Assembly: GCA_000320545.1 (NCBI GenBank)
Contig: ADNK01000135.1
Location: 62,001-126,000 of the forward strand
Length of the DNA: 64,000 nt
Direction of reading: 5' to 3'
Source: Bigelowiella natans CCMP2755
Taxonomy: Eukaryota > Protista > Cercozoa
This document shows, piece by piece, positions 58,678 to 64,000 of the stretch. The notes under the pieces are model-generated. The model was not told the origin of the DNA, searched no databases, and worked only from the letters and a program-made list of their open reading frames with translations. The position numbers and the translations under genes were made by a program. Each line of letters opens with the position of its first letter. Position 1 is the stretch's first letter.

Positions 58678-58902
58678 TATTGAAAATTGCCCCCCCCCCC
58701 CCCCCCCTTCTCCCTTCCTACTCCTATGAAGGTAGCGAAGATTACATAACAACCACCTTTGAACACAGACGAGTGCCATATTATTCCCAAAGCGCTTTCT
58801 CCTTCTTTTCTAACAATTTTAAGTCTTTGGTTATGAACGGCTACGAAACGAGGACAATGCGATGTAATTAGCAGTCCTTAACCTTACACAGCATATATGA
58901 GT

Positions 58903-58944
<42 letters not shown>

Positions 58945-60168
58945 GGAGTGATAGTAGTAGTACTACTACTAGTAGTTGTTGTTGCTGTTGTAGTACCGTG
59001 GAATCAAGTGTCCAAATCCCTCCGGTAACATCTGATGATCCTGCTCCTCCTTGCTTGCGTTAAAGCCAACCGAGATAACTACGCAACTGAGCACAACAGA
59101 GAGCTATATCAGCATGTGTGTCTGTCTTCGGCAAAAATATTGATGATGATAATGATGATGATGATGATAATGATGATGATGATGATATAGGGGTTTCTCA
59201 TGCGAGCAGTATACCTACCAGCAGCAGAATGCTTATGATTGTATAGTGACAGTGACAGAGTAAACAGCATAGCAACATAGCAGTGATAGTGTACTATAAC
59301 AGCAGACGATCTACTTTTATACTCGCCAACGGCTCGAATCACTTCGGCTTCTTTTAGTATATATTTCGGTGATGTATATACAGCGCTTTTCGCAACTGTC
59401 TCGATTACTACCTTCCTGTTTTATTGATAGTGCGAAGAAGATCTTTGCTGCATGAGAAGTCCTTACCCCCACTAACATCTTGTGTGTGTGCATAACCTTG
59501 GGATTCCGCATTTAGAGCTTGAGACAACTTTTGTGCTGGAATAGCAACGACAACAGCGTCAAATGTCTCCGTTGATGATCGGTCCTCCGAGCCTAAAGAG
59601 AGAAATAATAAAGCCACAGCTTTGCCCAGGCATTCACTGCAGGAAACCACGGCGAACTTTGAGGTGTTTGCGACCGATGCGATGCTCATAAAAGACGTAG
59701 TAGTGCCCTTCATTTCCTCTATGAATATTGTCTTATACTAGATACCTGCTCCTCCAATTGTAAGAGTCACTGTCGGAGCAGCAGGATCAGCAGCACCATC
59801 AGCATCACCAAGAGACGCAGAAGGCGTCCCACAATCGACATTGCCGATGTTATGGCGATGAAACTTTATCGACTTCAGAGGAGCTTCTAGGCATATTTCC
59901 ACCGGAGTTAGGTCACTTGCGATGCCACCGCTATTAAAAGGAGGAGAGGAGACAGAAGAAGAAGAAGAAGAGCTTGGATCGCTGAGATAATCAGCCAGCC
60001 GCGTGGGGAGACTGCCCATTCCATGCCTTAGAAGTATGTAACAGGAGGAGGTGATAACTGTGATCATATTATCAATCATGATAATGCAACGACTACTAAT
60101 CATCGGCATCTTCATTATGTAAATGCTCATCATTGCTGCTAGTGATGATTGGAATGGTAAACCGCATT

Positions 60169-60211
<43 letters not shown>

Positions 60212-61965
60212 TTATTATTTATCTTATGTTTCATATTCACGGAGAAGGGGAGAGAGGGGCAAGAGGATCAGTATCGAAATTGTAAATTATAATCACATTT
60301 ATACGTATATTCGAACATGTTTCAGATGGTGACTCCTCAAGTACCTGAAGGTATACGTATACGCTGGCGGAGCGTCATTTTCAAGATTCTCCTTCTGATC
60401 TCCTCTGTTATCGTTAATACTGCTGCTGCCCACCCCCCAACGTGCCCGAATCAATGCCGCCAACTTGTGGAGTACCTGGGAGGGGAGAGACAGGAGAAAC
60501 GAGAATTTTCAATGGGACGATGCTCCTCGTCGTCTTGCTCACTCTCTCTCTCTCCCTCTCTCTCTCTCTCACTCTCACTCTCACTCTCGTTGGAGATTCT
60601 AGCTGACAATATTGGACAGAGCAGCGTAAGAAATGAATATTGTTGTCTATTAACTAGAATAGCTAGCTACTGCTGCTACTACCGCCTTGGTGATGGACCC
60701 GAATTCCTGCTCCTAGTAGTGGGTAATTGCGTTATTACTATGATAATCACGCTCCAAGAGGATGATGATGACGGTGAAGACACAAATTGTAAAAAATCGT
60801 ATCGTCGTACCATTGCCTTCATGCGACTGAATGGCGATGCAGCTGCAGCGGAAAGCTGATAGGACGTGGGAAAAACCACGACGTTTTTAGTGGTTTGAGT
60901 GAGTAGTATAAGAATGGAGAAATAGAACTGATTATTATCACACACTACAGCGTCATGACAGCCTTTAACTACACCAGCCCTTCTACTACCTGATCTATAC
61001 CACCAGCGTATATTCCATTGACCATAGCATCACCATACTTTTCTGTGAATCGTTTGCCAAATCGTCTCGTCAGCATAGAAGCGACAGTCTCGTCGGCAGG
61101 ACCACGCTCCTGAGTACAATTATGTGCACGAAACAACACCAGCACAACACCCATAAAGCACACGATTCAATGTTTATTTGTGGGAAGATCTGCATGAAGA
61201 AGTGGCTTAGATGTAGCGCTCAGTCATCATTGAGAGCAGTAGGGTGCAGAGGACTTTGAACGGTTCCAGCAAGATTTGCGGGCATTCTCTAAGCAGCTGC
61301 AGCGGATCTAGTGATGATAATGATGATGGTGATGATGATGGTGATGATGATGATGATGGTTTAGTTACGGTACATGGGGAAAAGGGCAGTTAAGAGGACA
61401 TCTGATGTGTCAATTGTAAAGTTTGAACGAAGATCTGTTGTTTTTATTCATCTAATAATATTAAAATACCTAGTTTCTGGAGACTTCCCTCAGCGTAAAG
61501 ATATCGATTCTTGGCCATTTTGGTCGGAGCAAGAACCTAATGATCGGTTACTAGATGAGAAAACACACATTCGGGGGGGGGGGGGCTGATAGATGGATAG
61601 AACAAATCGATTCATCTGTCTTCCTCACATCTTTGTCGAGTCCAATAGACTTGACGATATCCCACGTGTCTTCACCAGCAGGTGCACCTCGAAGGGTAGC
61701 TGGACCGCATTCGAAAAGGAATTCGCCTGCAAGCAATGTGTTAGCAATCACGGCTAAGAGGCTGACGACCATCGTGCGAGATTCAGGAAGGAGGAGGAGG
61801 ACAGAATTTTCCTCCAGGAATTTACACATCTGCATTACCTTTCCTCTTGGAGTGAATCCATCCTCCAACCTAACCGAGACAGCATACATAGTCGTCGTGT
61901 TTTTTGCTTGCATGTTGGTGTGCAGCGTGTAGGCTGCTGCGTTGGTGCAGATCACAAACGAAGAC

Positions 61966-62003
<38 letters not shown>

Positions 62004-62137
62004 AATACCCTATCCGATGCTTCAATGAGCTTTAGAGTAGATCCCTTTGGCAGACCTCTTTGCAGGTGGAACGCAGCTGACAGACCGGAGATGCCGCCTC
62101 CCACCACAGCTACTCGGAGGCTCTTGCCGGAAGCCAT
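57420..62137 (-). CDS. PPOX: Protoporphyrinogen IX oxidase (HemY/PPOX type), multi-exon
   Basis: RVAVVGGGISGLSAAFHL (FAD GxGxxG), GEFLFECGPATLR, DETVASMLTRRFG...DAMVNGIYAG, GMGSLPTRLADYL, FDAVVVAIP, IAHYQVGH and LQVAGASFDGVSVHDCITSG. Stop TGA at 57420-57422. An additional upstream exon near 62280-62410 is possible. Confidence 0.9.
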
Positions 62138-62555
62138 CGGCGGTGTCGCAAGCACCGAGTAAGAAGAAATTTGAGAAAACCACATTGTATTTCACCTTTT
62201 TTATTGCAAAAACGTTGTCGCAGATAATAATCGCAACACTGTCCGTGCTGCCCTCGTGTGTTCCCCCCCCTCTTACCTTACGCAGAAAGACGCCCTGCAC
62301 CTTGAAATCGCCCCTAACTCAAGGACACGGAGCGACCCAGAGGATAAGTAAAGGAAGGAAAGAAGTTGAGGAGGCATCGTCACCATCGTACACTCGTCTG
62401 AAAATGGCATATCTGCTATTCTTATTTCTATCCATCGGGTAAACGCTCCATTGCTTTGGGGTGATAATAAATCATAATATCAAGATTCAACTGTCATATT
62501 AGGTATCTATTAAGCGCAGTCTCATCCATCCAGTTCTTCATTGAGAGTGGAAGTG

Positions 62556-64000
62556 ATGGTAAGTTATGCTAAACAGGTTTTACTGCATGTTTCGTTGAAA
62601 TAGGTGCAAAATATGCAATTAACAGTCGGTGTATTTGGCAGATATGCTCATTCTTGGGTTGCTCTGTTCATTAAAGTTTATGCGCAATGCTATGAAGATA
62701 TGGAGTACTCCGGAGAAGGATGGAAGGTTAAATCATCGTCGAAATGACGAAATTGTAGTATTTTTTTCCAAATGGTATCATTTATTTGGAGGGATTCCTC
62801 ACACTAGAGCAGGGCCATCGCCATCATTGCCATCAAAAAAATATCGAGAGCCAACTACTATGTGTGCATGCATCAAAGCATATGAACTAAATGCTGTGCA
62901 AAGTTAACGCCATGATCTTATCAAAATTGCTTCTGTATTTAGCAACAATAAGGAGCAGCAAGGGGAGGGACGAATATATGACGTAGCCACACTTCTTGTG
63001 TATCCATTACTCTCATGGGTTCCTTTCTCCATGGCACAAAAATACCGGGTTGGAAACCCGTTGTTCAAGGTTACGAAGACATGATATTTTATGACGAGCT
63101 TCATATGGCCTTTTCCCCCAGACCTAAGTTGAAGCAAACCTTTTCTTAATTTTATAGGTCCCTGTCAGGCTTCCTTTTGTGTTGTCTGCACTCGTTGGTG
63201 TTGTTTCCTACTTCATTTCATTGGCCACATCTGCAGTGTCGTGTAAGGATGTGATTGAATTCTCCAGTCGAATACACAAGCTCTTTTTCTGCGTATTCTC
63301 TCTTGTGCTAGGAATGGCATTTAACACGGTAATGTATGCATTGAATGTTTTCTTCGCGAAACTGACAAAATGTGGTATCGGTGTAGATGTTCCGAAGGAT
63401 ATTCCTTATCTTGAACAGCTTGATATGTCTGGCGCTGGGAATAATGGTATTTCAGCGACATCTTGTTAGCATGCGGTTTTGCTGGTTTTAATTTCGATTA
63501 TGTATCCATACGAAATCAGCAAAACGACACAGATTGGACTCCGAATGCATTGCAAGATTTTGGTTTGTGGATGCTCGTATCGGCGTACCTAGCGGCTGAG
63601 TTTGATCTGGGTCCGGAAGCAGTCCATTAGACTCGCAACTCGCAAGACACCACGTGATAACGTCTTTTTATAGGAATGCCATTCGACTAGTCTAAGCAAA
63701 GCACAGTTACGACTACATAATTAACGCTCTGCATGTAAATTAGGAAGTCTTTTATTTGTAAAATTGTTGAAGACTGACTGGTGCATTTAAGCATGGCAAT
63801 ATAGCGTCGCCATGCTATACATTTCTCTACCTAGTGCTACTCGTATTCTCGTATTGACGTGTATCATCGCATTGCAATAGAGTAGTCGACGTGAACTGTC
63901 GCGTATAGATAGACTGTTCTTCTTATGCACAAAGGCGTGGTTGAGAAACGGCTGCCGTGCGTATAATGAAGATACAGAAAAGTTGTTGCTATATATAAGC
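62556..64000 (+). CDS. Probable multi-exon hypothetical (membrane?) protein, 3' end likely outside the window
   Basis: Short GT-AG-bounded blocks, e.g. VPVRLPFVLSALVGVVSYFISLATSA, DVPKDIPYLEQLDMSGAGNN and QNDTDWTPNALQDFGLWML. No family recognised. Confidence 0.3.

Overview
Gene-dense, intron-rich nuclear DNA from a unicellular eukaryote. The short GT-AG introns and a bipartite signal+transit-peptide presequence suggest a secondary-plastid alga such as a chlorarachniophyte (inference). About 15 spliced genes are present: NDT-type mitochondrial carrier, VPS2/CHMP2, PRPF3, ATG8, an SDR, a secreted TIM-barrel-like membrane protein, a truncated-globin-like protein, RRP1/NOP52, a Trx-like [2Fe-2S]+TPR protein, a large orphan, a jacalin-like exon pair, an ABCC/MRP transporter and PPOX. 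Two things stand out. (1) Several intergenic islands are essentially devoid of the dinucleotide TpA except inside CTAG; one has about 2.5 kb with no TA by my reading. Repeat copies in and around them show TA replaced at homologous sites by TG, CA or CG. This is the signature of strand-symmetric A-to-G hypermutation at TpA, the reverse of fungal RIP. (2) A 9-exon gene at 3002-4462, invisible in the ORF track, encodes a polymorphic-toxin-type (YwqJ-like) zinc deaminase (CAE...RCxxC) with a basic NLS-like segment. Together they suggest a candidate repeat-mutagenesis/genome-defence system, but the link between the enzyme and the signature is a hypothesis. All exon models were built by eye.
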